DNA from: Gemmatimonadaceae bacterium
GTDB taxonomy: Bacteria > Gemmatimonadota > Gemmatimonadetes > Gemmatimonadales > Gemmatimonadaceae
Reading direction: 5' to 3'
Length of the DNA stretch: 64,000 nt
NCBI GenBank assembly: GCA_040901985.1
Contig: JBBDYC010000009.1
Span: 156,364-220,363, forward strand
The first letter of the stretch is position 1, and each line of letters begins with the position of its first letter. The position numbers and the translations under genes were made by a program. The notes under the pieces were generated by a model. The model saw nothing but the letters and a program-made list of their open reading frames with translations, ran no database searches and was not told where the DNA came from. Below are positions 56,246 through 64,000 of this stretch, in pieces.

Positions 56246-57724
56246 ATGACCGAGACCGCGAACGCGTTTACCGGCCTCGACTGGCTGGTCCTGGCCGTCT
56301 ACCTCGCCGGCACCACCGCGCTGGGGGTCTGGCTGGGCCGCGGCCAGAAGGACGCGCGCGACTACTTCGTGGCTGGCGGGACGATCCCCTGGTGGGCGGT
56401 GCTCTTCTCGATCGTCGCCACCGAGACCAGCGCCCTCACCTTCATCAGCATTCCCGGACTCGCCTACCTCGGCGACTTCACCTTCCTGCAGATCGCCACC
56501 GGCTACCTGCTCGGGCGGATCGTCGTCTCCTATACGCTGCTCCCGCGTTATGTGAATGGCGAGCTCGTGACCGCCTATGCGCTCCTTGACCGCCGCTTCG
56601 GGCTGGGGATGCGGCGGATGGCGACGCTGACGTTCATGGTGACGCGCGCCTTCGGCGATTCGGTCCGGCTCTTCGCGACCTCGATCCCGGTGGCCCTGAT
56701 CATCGGGCCGGCGCTTCCGGCGGCGTGGGCAACGCCGGCGGCGATCCTCGTGCTTGGCGTGGTGACGCTCGTCTATACGTGGCACGGCGGGATGCGCGCG
56801 GTGGTCTGGACCGACGTGCTGCAGACGGGCGTCTACCTCCTCGGCGGCGTGGCAGCCCTCGTCCTGATCGGCCAGGGCGTCGAGGGCGGATGGGGCCGCA
56901 TCCTCGGCGATGCCGGATCGGCTGGGAAACTCCGGGTGTTCGACCTCTCCCTCGGATTCGATCGGCCGCACACGCTCCTCGCCGGGCTCATCGGTGGCGC
57001 CTTCCTCTCGATGGCGTCGCACGGCACCGACCAGATCATCGTGCAGCGGCTGCTCGCCTCGGGGTCGCTCCCCGATGCGCGCCGCGCGCTGATCGGAAGC
57101 GGCCTGGCGGTGATCGCGCAGTTCGCGCTCTTCCTCCTGATCGGGGTCGGGCTCTGGGCCTTCTACGAGGCGCGGGTCTTCCCGGCACCCGACCGGATCT
57201 TCCCGACGTTCATCATCAGCGAGATGCCGCCGGTGCTGACCGGCGTCGTGATCGCGGCAATCCTCGCGGCGGCGATGAGCACCGTCTCGGGGTCGCTCAA
57301 CGCGCTCGCCGCCGCGACGGTCCACGACCTGTGGGCGCCGCTCCGCGGCGGACTGCCCGATGGGCCGGCGCAGCTCCGCGCCTCGCGCCTCTTCACCGCC
57401 TGCTGGGCGGTCGTGCTCATCGGCGGCGCGCTGCTCTACCGCGCCGAAGGCACGCCGGTCGTCGTCATTGCCCTGTCCATCGCATCCTTCACCTACGGCG
57501 GCTTGCTCGGCGGCTTCTTCCTGGCGATGCTCTGGCCACGGGCCCGGCAACGCGATGCGATGCTCGGAATGGGCGTCGGGATGGCGACGATGACGTTCGT
57601 CGTCTTCACGAAGTTCGGCGGAATCGCCTGGCCCTGGTACGTTCTGATCGGCACGGCCATCACCTGCACGGTCGGCGTCCTCTCGTCCCTCACCCACGGC
57701 GCGCACTCGTCGCGCGCCGCCTGA
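56246..57724 (+). CDS. Sodium:solute symporter (SSS family)
   Basis: DYFVAG, SIVATETSALTFISIPG, GGMRAVVWTDVLQ, GTDQIIVQRLL, AAAMST.SGSLN. Confidence 0.92.
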   Translation: MTETANAFTGLDWLVLAVYLAGTTALGVWLGRGQKDARDYFVAGGTIPWWAVLFSIVATETSALTFISIPGLAYLGDFTFLQIATGYLLGRIVVSYTLLPRYVNGELVTAYALLDRRFGLGMRRMATLTFMVTRAFGDSVRLFATSIPVALIIGPALPAAWATPAAILVLGVVTLVYTWHGGMRAVVWTDVLQTGVYLLGGVAALVLIGQGVEGGWGRILGDAGSAGKLRVFDLSLGFDRPHTLLAGLIGGAFLSMASHGTDQIIVQRLLASGSLPDARRALIGSGLAVIAQFALFLLIGVGLWAFYEARVFPAPDRIFPTFIISEMPPVLTGVVIAAILAAAMSTVSGSLNALAAATVHDLWAPLRGGLPDGPAQLRASRLFTACWAVVLIGGALLYRAEGTPVVVIALSIASFTYGGLLGGFFLAMLWPRARQRDAMLGMGVGMATMTFVVFTKFGGIAWPWYVLIGTAITCTVGVLSSLTHGAHSSRAA

Positions 57725-57738
57725 CCGGAACTCGCGCA

Positions 57739-58662
57739 ATGTCCCAAATCGTCGTCGGTGTGGATGGTGGAGGCAGCAAGACCCACGTGATCGTCGCCGA
57801 CAGGCGGGGCAAGGAACTCGCGTCCCTGACCGGCGACGGCAGCGCCGTGGTCCCCGGCGAGGCGTTGGCGTCGGCCGAGGTGATCAGCCAGTTGGTGCGC
57901 GATGCGCTGACGGTAGCCGAGATCGCCGAGCGGCCGCGCGCCCTCGTCGTGGGGGTGGCCGGCGTGGGACGCGAGCAGGAGCGGAACGCCCTCCTCCGTG
58001 CGCTCCGGGGCGAGGGAATCGCCGAAGAGGTCCAGGTGGTGGCCGATGCGGAAGTCGCGTCGGTGGACGCGTTCGGCGACGGTCCGGGGATCCTGTTGAT
58101 CGCGGGGACCGGCTCGGTGGCGTTCGGCCGCAGCCCGACCGGCGTCTTTCGGCGGTGCGGCGGCTGGGGACCGGTCTGCGGGGACGAGGGAAGCGGCGCC
58201 TGGATCGGGCGTCGGGCGCTCAGCGTGGTGACGTCATCGCACGACGAGCGGGAGCCGGAGACGCGGCTGGTGGGCGCGCTGCTCACCGCACTCGAGCTGC
58301 AGGACGTGGACGGGCTGGTCGGCTGGGCCGCGGCGGCGACGCCCAAGGACCTCGCCGCGCTCGCGGTCCACGTCGTGGCGCTGGCGGCGGACCGCGACCT
58401 CCGCGCGAACTCGATCTGCACGCTCGCCGCCGAGGAACTGGTGCTCCACGTCCGGACGCTCGCCCGCCAGCTCTTCACCGACGAACGCGCCGACATCCCG
58501 GTGGCGCTCGCCGGCGGGATGCTGCAGCGCGGCTCCTTTCTGCGACGCCTCGTCGAGCAGCGACTGAAGAGCGCCGTCCCGGGCTCGCACCTGCACGCCG
58601 AGGACGTCGTGCCGGCGCGGGGGGCGGTGGCGATCGCGCTGAGGGTCCCCGCCGTCGCCTAG
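57739..58662 (+). CDS. BadF/BadG-type sugar kinase (GlcNAc/MurNAc kinase, MurK-like)
   Basis: GVDGGGSKT, GVAG, IAGTGS, GGWG...GDEGSG.WIG. Confidence 0.88.
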   Translation: MSQIVVGVDGGGSKTHVIVADRRGKELASLTGDGSAVVPGEALASAEVISQLVRDALTVAEIAERPRALVVGVAGVGREQERNALLRALRGEGIAEEVQVVADAEVASVDAFGDGPGILLIAGTGSVAFGRSPTGVFRRCGGWGPVCGDEGSGAWIGRRALSVVTSSHDEREPETRLVGALLTALELQDVDGLVGWAAAATPKDLAALAVHVVALAADRDLRANSICTLAAEELVLHVRTLARQLFTDERADIPVALAGGMLQRGSFLRRLVEQRLKSAVPGSHLHAEDVVPARGAVAIALRVPAVA

Positions 58663-58663
58663 G

Positions 58664-59992
58664 CTAGACGGCGGTCGGGATCTCCGCCGGCACCATTGAC
58701 GCATCCCAGACGCCCTCGCTCTTCCCGATGAACATCGCCGCGGTGAAGTCGCCGCAGACATTCACCACGGTGCGCGTCATATCGAGGATGCGGTCCACGC
58801 CGAGCACGATCGCGATCCCCTCGCCCGGCACGCCGAGCATCGCGAGGATGCCGACGAGGAGCGGGATCGAGCCGCCAGGGACGCCCGCCGCGCCGACCGC
58901 CGTGATCACGGTCATCACAATCACGATCATCATCCCGCCAAGCGACAGCTCCACGCCGAACACCTGGCAGAGAAAGATGACCGTCACGCCCTCGAAGATG
59001 GATGTGCCGTTCATGCACATCGTCGCGCCGAGGGGGTGCACGAAGCCGGCGATCTTGGGCGGGACGCCGAGGTTGTCCTGCGATGCCTTGATGGCCGCCG
59101 GCAGGGTCGCCGCGCTCGAACTCGTGGAGAACGCCGTGATGAGCGCCCCCTTGACCCGCGAGAACACGAGCAGCGGGCTGACGCCGATCACGAAGCGCAT
59201 GATCAGCGACAGGTTGACGAACATGTGCACGAGCAGGGCCACGATCACGACGACGACAAAGCCGCCGAGGGGCCGGAGGAGGGTGTAGCCGAACCGCGAC
59301 GTGACGCCGAAGATGAGTCCCGCCACGCCGTAGGGCGCCAGCTTCATCGCGATCCCGACGATGACGATCACCACGTCGTTGATCGCCTGCAGGATGTCAA
59401 GCATCGGTTTGGCGGTCGCCGGCTTGATCTGCGTGAGCGCGGCGCCGAACATCAGGCCGAAGAAGATGATCCCCAGCATGTCCCCGTCGGCGGCGGACTT
59501 CACCGGATTGCGGGTGACGATGTTCACGAAGGTGTTGATGCCGAATCCCCCGGTCTCCTGGGCCGCGATCGTCCCGGCCGCGTCGTCGGCGTAGGTCGCC
59601 ATCAGCTCGGTCTTCACCTCGGCCGGGATCCCCGCGCCCGGCTTGACGATGCTGACCATGATCAGCCCGAAGGCCGCGGCGAGGAACGTCGTGGCGAGGA
59701 AGTAGCTGAGTGTCTTCGTGCCGACCTGGCCCACCTTCTTGAGGTCGCCGAGCCCGGCGACGCCAAGGGCGATGGACGAGAAGACGAGCGGCATCACGAT
59801 CATGAAGAGGAGCCGCAGGAAGATCTGCCCCACCGGGCCGGCGAGATACGCGTTCACCCAGACCACACGGGTGTGCTCGCCGCCGAGGGTGAGGTTCGCC
59901 GCGATCCCCGCCGCCGCGCCGACCACCAGCGCGAGGAGGATCTTCGTGTGCAGCTTCATCCCCTTCCCGGGGCCACCGATGGATGCCGACAT
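58664..59992 (-). CDS. Dicarboxylate/amino acid:cation symporter (GltP/DAACS)
   Basis: FLRLLFMIVMPLVF, AFSTSSSAATLP, GAT.CMNGT, GAAGVPGG, DRILDM.RT..NV.GD. Confidence 0.93.
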   Translation of the reverse strand: MSASIGGPGKGMKLHTKILLALVVGAAAGIAANLTLGGEHTRVVWVNAYLAGPVGQIFLRLLFMIVMPLVFSSIALGVAGLGDLKKVGQVGTKTLSYFLATTFLAAAFGLIMVSIVKPGAGIPAEVKTELMATYADDAAGTIAAQETGGFGINTFVNIVTRNPVKSAADGDMLGIIFFGLMFGAALTQIKPATAKPMLDILQAINDVVIVIVGIAMKLAPYGVAGLIFGVTSRFGYTLLRPLGGFVVVVIVALLVHMFVNLSLIMRFVIGVSPLLVFSRVKGALITAFSTSSSAATLPAAIKASQDNLGVPPKIAGFVHPLGATMCMNGTSIFEGVTVIFLCQVFGVELSLGGMMIVIVMTVITAVGAAGVPGGSIPLLVGILAMLGVPGEGIAIVLGVDRILDMTRTVVNVCGDFTAAMFIGKSEGVWDASMVPAEIPTAV

Positions 59993-61495
59993 CTAGTCCT
60001 CGAAGGAGCGGGGCGGGAGCCCGCGTCGCAGGGTGGAGTTCCGATAGCCGTACAGGAAGTAGATCGCCGTCCCAAGCAGGAGCCAGATGCCGAGCCCCTT
60101 CCAGGCCATCGCCGGCAGGCCCGCCATCACGAAGAGCACCGCCGACGCGCCGCCAAGGGTCACCAGCCAGAACGCCGGCACCTTGAACGGCCGCGGCCGA
60201 TCGGGCTCGGTCACCCGGAGCACGAGGACGCCGAGGCAGACGACGAGGAACGCGAAGAGCGTCCCGATGTTCGTGAGCTCGTATGTCGCGGCATCGTTGG
60301 CCACGAGCGCCGCGAGCCCCACCAGCAACCCCGTCGCGATCGTCGTCACGTGCGGCGTGCGGTACTTCTTGTGGAGCTTCGCCGCCCCTTTCGGGAGGAG
60401 CCCGTCGCGCGCCATCGCGAAGAAGATCCGCGGCTGGCCGTACTGGAAGACCAACAGCACCGCGGTCATCGAGACCACCGCGCCGAGCGAGATGATCCAG
60501 GCGAACTGCGTCAGTCCGGCCACCTCGAACGCGTGGGCCAGCGGGTCCGACGACTTGAGCTGCGTATACGGCACCAGTCCCGTTGCCACCGCGCCGACGA
60601 TCACGTAAATGACCGTGCAGATCGCCAAGCCCCAAAGAATGCCCCTCGGCATCGTCTTCTGCGGATCTTTCGTCTCCTCGGCGGCCGTCGAGATCGCATC
60701 GAACCCGATGAAGGCGAAGAAGACGATCGCCGCCCCGTGGTGGATCCCGGTGAATCCGTTCGGCGCGAACGGCTTGTAGTTCGCCGGGTCGATGTGCATC
60801 GCGCCGACGATCACGAAGAGCGCCAGCACGGCGAGCTTGACCAGCACCATCACGTTGTTGACGCGGGTGCTTTCCTTCACGCCGATCACGAGCAGCCAAG
60901 TCACCGCCATCACGATCAGGAAGGCCGGCACGTTGATCAGGACCGGGATCCCGAAGAGCTGCGGCGCCGTCTCGAAGAGCGCCAGGATCTCCGGGTTCGA
61001 GCTGACCCGCGCCTGGAAGTAGCCGGTGGTGAGCCAGCCCGGGATGTCGACCCAGGGCGAGACGAGCGACTCGAAGTAGCCGCTCCAGGCGATTGACACC
61101 GCGACGTTTCCCACCGCGTACTCGAGGATCAAGTCCCACCCGATGATCCAGGCGACGAACTCGCCCATCGAGGCGTACGTGTACGCGTACGCCGACCCGG
61201 CCTGCGGGATCATCGAGGCGAGCTCGGCGTAGCAGAGCGCGCAGAGCGCGCAGACCGCGCCGAGGAGGAGAAAGGAGATGGTGAGCGCCGGGCCGGCGCC
61301 GTAACGGACCACCTCGCCGGCCGCGTTGATCTCGCCCGCCGCCGCCGTGCCGAGGGTCGAGAAGATCCCCGCCCCGATCACCGCGCCGATCGCCAGCCCA
61401 ATCAGGTCGCGCGTACCGAGCGTCCGCTTCATCCCTCCCGCGGCGCCGTCAGGGACCAGGTCCGTGATCGGCTTCCGCGCCCACAGCGACGGCAT
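59993..61495 (-). CDS. APC-family amino acid permease (CAT-like)
   Basis: GAVIGAGIF, CYAELASMIP.AGSAY, GW.LILEY, FFAFIGFD, RIFFAMARDGLLP; true start MPSLWARK overlaps the upstream stop. Confidence 0.92.
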   Translation of the reverse strand: MPSLWARKPITDLVPDGAAGGMKRTLGTRDLIGLAIGAVIGAGIFSTLGTAAAGEINAAGEVVRYGAGPALTISFLLLGAVCALCALCYAELASMIPQAGSAYAYTYASMGEFVAWIIGWDLILEYAVGNVAVSIAWSGYFESLVSPWVDIPGWLTTGYFQARVSSNPEILALFETAPQLFGIPVLINVPAFLIVMAVTWLLVIGVKESTRVNNVMVLVKLAVLALFVIVGAMHIDPANYKPFAPNGFTGIHHGAAIVFFAFIGFDAISTAAEETKDPQKTMPRGILWGLAICTVIYVIVGAVATGLVPYTQLKSSDPLAHAFEVAGLTQFAWIISLGAVVSMTAVLLVFQYGQPRIFFAMARDGLLPKGAAKLHKKYRTPHVTTIATGLLVGLAALVANDAATYELTNIGTLFAFLVVCLGVLVLRVTEPDRPRPFKVPAFWLVTLGGASAVLFVMAGLPAMAWKGLGIWLLLGTAIYFLYGYRNSTLRRGLPPRSFED

Positions 61496-62955
61496 CACGA
61501 CGCCGCCGCCTTCCGTGAGGTCAGGAAGTAGACCGGGACCCCGACCAGCACCACGACAAGCCCGGAGAGCGCCTGGGCCCGCGTCTTGTCGGCGATGAGG
61601 AGGATCACCGCCACCGCCGCCGCCGAGAGGATGTAGAGGGCCGGCAGCACCGGGTAGCCAATCGCCTTGTAGGGCCGTGGGACATCGGGCCGCTTGGCGC
61701 GCAGCACGAAGAGCCCGGTGGTCGTGAGGGCATAGAAGACGAGCGCCGCGAAGATCACGTAGTCGAGGAGTTGGCCGTACGTGCCGGTGAGGCAGAGCAC
61801 GCTCGTCCAGATCGCCTGGGCGACGAGCGCCCACGCCGGCACGCCGCGCAGGCTGAGCGTCGCCGCCTTCCGGAAGAACAGGCCGTCCTTCGCCATCGCC
61901 CAATAGACGCGCGCGCCGGCGAGGATGAGGCCGTTGTTGCAGCCGAACGTCGAGATGAGGATCGCGATCGCCATCAAGGTGGCGCCCGACGCGCCGAAGA
62001 TCCCCTGCGCCGCCGCCGTGCCCACCCGGTCCTGCGGCGCCCCCTGGATGGCGTCGAACGGCAGCACGCTCAGGTACGACAGGTTGGCCAGCACGTAGAG
62101 CAGCGTCACCAACCCCGTGCCGAGGAGGAGCGCGCGCGGCAGGTTCCTCGTCGCGTCCTGCACCTCCGCCGCCGCCGACGTCACGCCGTGCCACGAGTCG
62201 CTGGAGAAGAGCGACCCGACGAGTGCGGCGCCAAAGGCGACCACGAAGGCGCCCGAGAAACTGCCGCCGCCCGCAAAGAAGCCGCTGCCGAAGTTCTGCG
62301 CCACCGCCTCGGCGTTGCGGCCAATCGTCAGGCCCAGGAGGATCAGCAGGCCGAGCGCGCCGGTCTTCACGATTGTCAGCGACGTCTGGACGAACTTCCC
62401 CTCGCGCACACCGCGCAGGTTGATCCAGGTGAGGACCCAGACCGAGGCCAGCGCGACGAGCCGCTGCGGGGTCAGCCCGAGCTCGATCAACCCGCCCGGG
62501 GTCTGCAGGTCGAGCCGTGGGAACCAGGCAAACCGGTCGGGCGTGATGGCCGGCCAGAGTACGCCCATGAACCGGCCGAAGGCCACGCCCACCGCGGCGA
62601 TCGTGCCGGTCTGGATGACGACGAAGAGCGTCCAGCCGTAGAGGAACCCCATCAAGGGACCCATCGCCTCGCGCAGGAAGACGTACTGGCCGCCGGCGCG
62701 CGGGTACATCGCCGCCAGTTCGCCGTAGGCGAGCGCGCCGAGAAGGGTCATCACGCCGGTGAGCACCCAGGCGACGAGGAGCCAGAAGGGCGACCCAAGG
62801 GTTCGCGCCATGTCGGCCGAGACGATGAAGATGCCGGACCCGATCATCGTGCCCGCGACGAGCATCGTCGCGTCGGTCAGGGTCATTGCCTTCACGAAGC
62901 CGGGGCTGGACACGCCCGGGGTGTCCGCTGCGGCGGCAGCGTCGCCGATGGCCAT
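61495..62955 (-). CDS. APC-family amino acid permease (LAT-like)
   Basis: GTMIGSGIF, YGELAAMYPRAGGQY, AEVQD..RNLPRAL, RVYWAMAKDGLFF, RPYKA.GYP. Confidence 0.92.
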   Translation of the reverse strand: MAIGDAAAAADTPGVSSPGFVKAMTLTDATMLVAGTMIGSGIFIVSADMARTLGSPFWLLVAWVLTGVMTLLGALAYGELAAMYPRAGGQYVFLREAMGPLMGFLYGWTLFVVIQTGTIAAVGVAFGRFMGVLWPAITPDRFAWFPRLDLQTPGGLIELGLTPQRLVALASVWVLTWINLRGVREGKFVQTSLTIVKTGALGLLILLGLTIGRNAEAVAQNFGSGFFAGGGSFSGAFVVAFGAALVGSLFSSDSWHGVTSAAAEVQDATRNLPRALLLGTGLVTLLYVLANLSYLSVLPFDAIQGAPQDRVGTAAAQGIFGASGATLMAIAILISTFGCNNGLILAGARVYWAMAKDGLFFRKAATLSLRGVPAWALVAQAIWTSVLCLTGTYGQLLDYVIFAALVFYALTTTGLFVLRAKRPDVPRPYKAIGYPVLPALYILSAAAVAVILLIADKTRAQALSGLVVVLVGVPVYFLTSRKAAAS

Positions 62956-63050
62956 CGGGGAACGGGTTTGGGGGAGACGGGGCGGCGACGTCCACATCGC
63001 CGGGAACGCGACCCGGAGAAGCTACGTGCGGGTCGGGGCCGGGGCCAGCG

Positions 63051-63881
63051 TCAGCGGGGCGCTTCGGCGGTGATGAACGCCGTGTCGCGGACGGGAGTGC
63101 CGTCGGGACGGGTGGCCGGCCGGAATCGCACCTCGGCGAGCATCTCGCGGATCTTGCGGTTGTAACCGGCGTCGCGCGAGGGGTTGAAGCCGAGGAGCCG
63201 CGCCTGGCCGCGTTCGTCCACCTCGAAGCTGGCGACCATCTTGTACGGTCGCACACGATTGGGGACGGGGATCGGGAGGATCGCGAGGTTGGTCACCGTC
63301 GGGGGGTGGATGTCCCGGCCGCCGCCCCCCGTGCCGGGCCCGTCAGCGGACCCGCGGCCGGTCCCGACGCCCGTGCCGATCCCTCCGCCGCGCCCGGGAC
63401 CCATCCCGCCGGTGCCGTCGGTCCCGGAACCCCCACCCGCGCCAGCCGTCGGAATCGTCGTCCCGTCGGTCACAGGCGCCACCTCGGGCTCGGCGCGCAC
63501 TACCGGCGGCTCCGGGTCCCGTTCCGGAGGCGGTGGCAGTGGCGCCGGCGTTGTCCGGGTGCTGCTCGGCTGGGGCGGCGTCGGCGCCGGCGAGAGCTGG
63601 AGGAAGCGGATACGCTCGGCTCTGATCTGGCCGCCCCTGCCGCGGAACCCGCCGCCGCCGCCGCCGCCGGCGGGACCCGCCCCGCCCGCCCCACGCTGAT
63701 CCGCGTCGAGGACCACCCGGCCAAGGAATGCCGGCAACAGCAGTGCACCGAGAATCACCCCGTGCAGCAGCCCGGAGAGCACCGGCCCGGCGCGGCTCCG
63801 CCGCTCCGCTTCCGGGATCCCGTGCAGGGGACGGAGCGGTCGACGCGGCTTGGCGGACGACGGAGGGAGGATCGGTTCCAC
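63051..63881 (-). CDS. TonB-like membrane-anchored protein (TM, Pro/Gly-rich linker, TonB_C-like end)
   Basis: SGLLH TM segment, GGG/Pro-rich linker, FEVDERG..., FRPATRPDGTPV. Confidence 0.65.
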   Translation of the reverse strand: MEPILPPSSAKPRRPLRPLHGIPEAERRSRAGPVLSGLLHGVILGALLLPAFLGRVVLDADQRGAGGAGPAGGGGGGGFRGRGGQIRAERIRFLQLSPAPTPPQPSSTRTTPAPLPPPPERDPEPPVVRAEPEVAPVTDGTTIPTAGAGGGSGTDGTGGMGPGRGGGIGTGVGTGRGSADGPGTGGGGRDIHPPTVTNLAILPIPVPNRVRPYKMVASFEVDERGQARLLGFNPSRDAGYNRKIREMLAEVRFRPATRPDGTPVRDTAFITAEAPR

Positions 63882-63952
63882 GGGTCGGGTCAGGGCATCG
63901 GGTGCGATTGCTGGCCGCGGCGGGGTGCGCCGGGGCCACCTGAATAAGTACT

Positions 63953-63986
63953 ACGGCGGGCGAGCCTCGGAAGGTTCGCCCGCCGT
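63953..63986. terminator. GC-rich hairpin, probable terminator of a gene beyond the window
   Basis: ACGGCGGGCGAGCC-TCGGAA-GGTTCGCCCGCCGT. Confidence 0.45.
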
Positions 63987-64000
63987 GTTCCTGCTCCGGG

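Noticed and set aside
59993..63256. 1087-aa giant permease or fusion ORF
   Set aside because: The upstream part is an off-frame read through the neighbouring permease; the real gene starts at 61495.

Overview
This is a very GC-rich core-genome segment of a diderm bacterium. Gene content and protein style suggest Gemmatimonadota (inference). About 65 tightly packed genes lie almost entirely on the minus strand. They include lptD (partial)-tatC-tol/pal, a LysM protein, ssb, rimI-tsaB-tsaE-uvrB, relA/spoT, radC, secA, nadD and bamD. A nucleotide-sugar block (uxs, ugd, wbpA/E/B/D-like, rmd, gmd) has carB embedded in it. A detached alpha operon (rpmJ-rpsM-rpsK-rpsD-rpoA-rplQ plus rpmB) is followed by pyrF/pyrD, an amidase, smpB, tRNA-Leu(CAG), an Rrf2 regulator, aspA, trxB and an orphan E2 operon with several uncharacterised proteins. 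A peptidoglycan-salvage locus (namZ, nagZ-amiE fusion, Na+:solute symporter, sugar kinase) sits next to three amino-acid transporters. I found no integrase, transposase, prophage or CRISPR array. Three signals are not explained by the gene list. (1) RTCGAY is strongly depleted, and C->T-type scars (RTTGAY/RTCAAY) point to a cytosine-C5 methylation footprint. (2) Several intergenic inverted arrays of 7-bp tandem repeats, with different consensus sequences, could form long hairpins. (3) The salvage locus pairs lipoprotein exo-lytic enzymes with an SSS transporter instead of a PTS or AmpG. Start codons were picked by eye from overlaps and ribosome-binding sites and are approximate.
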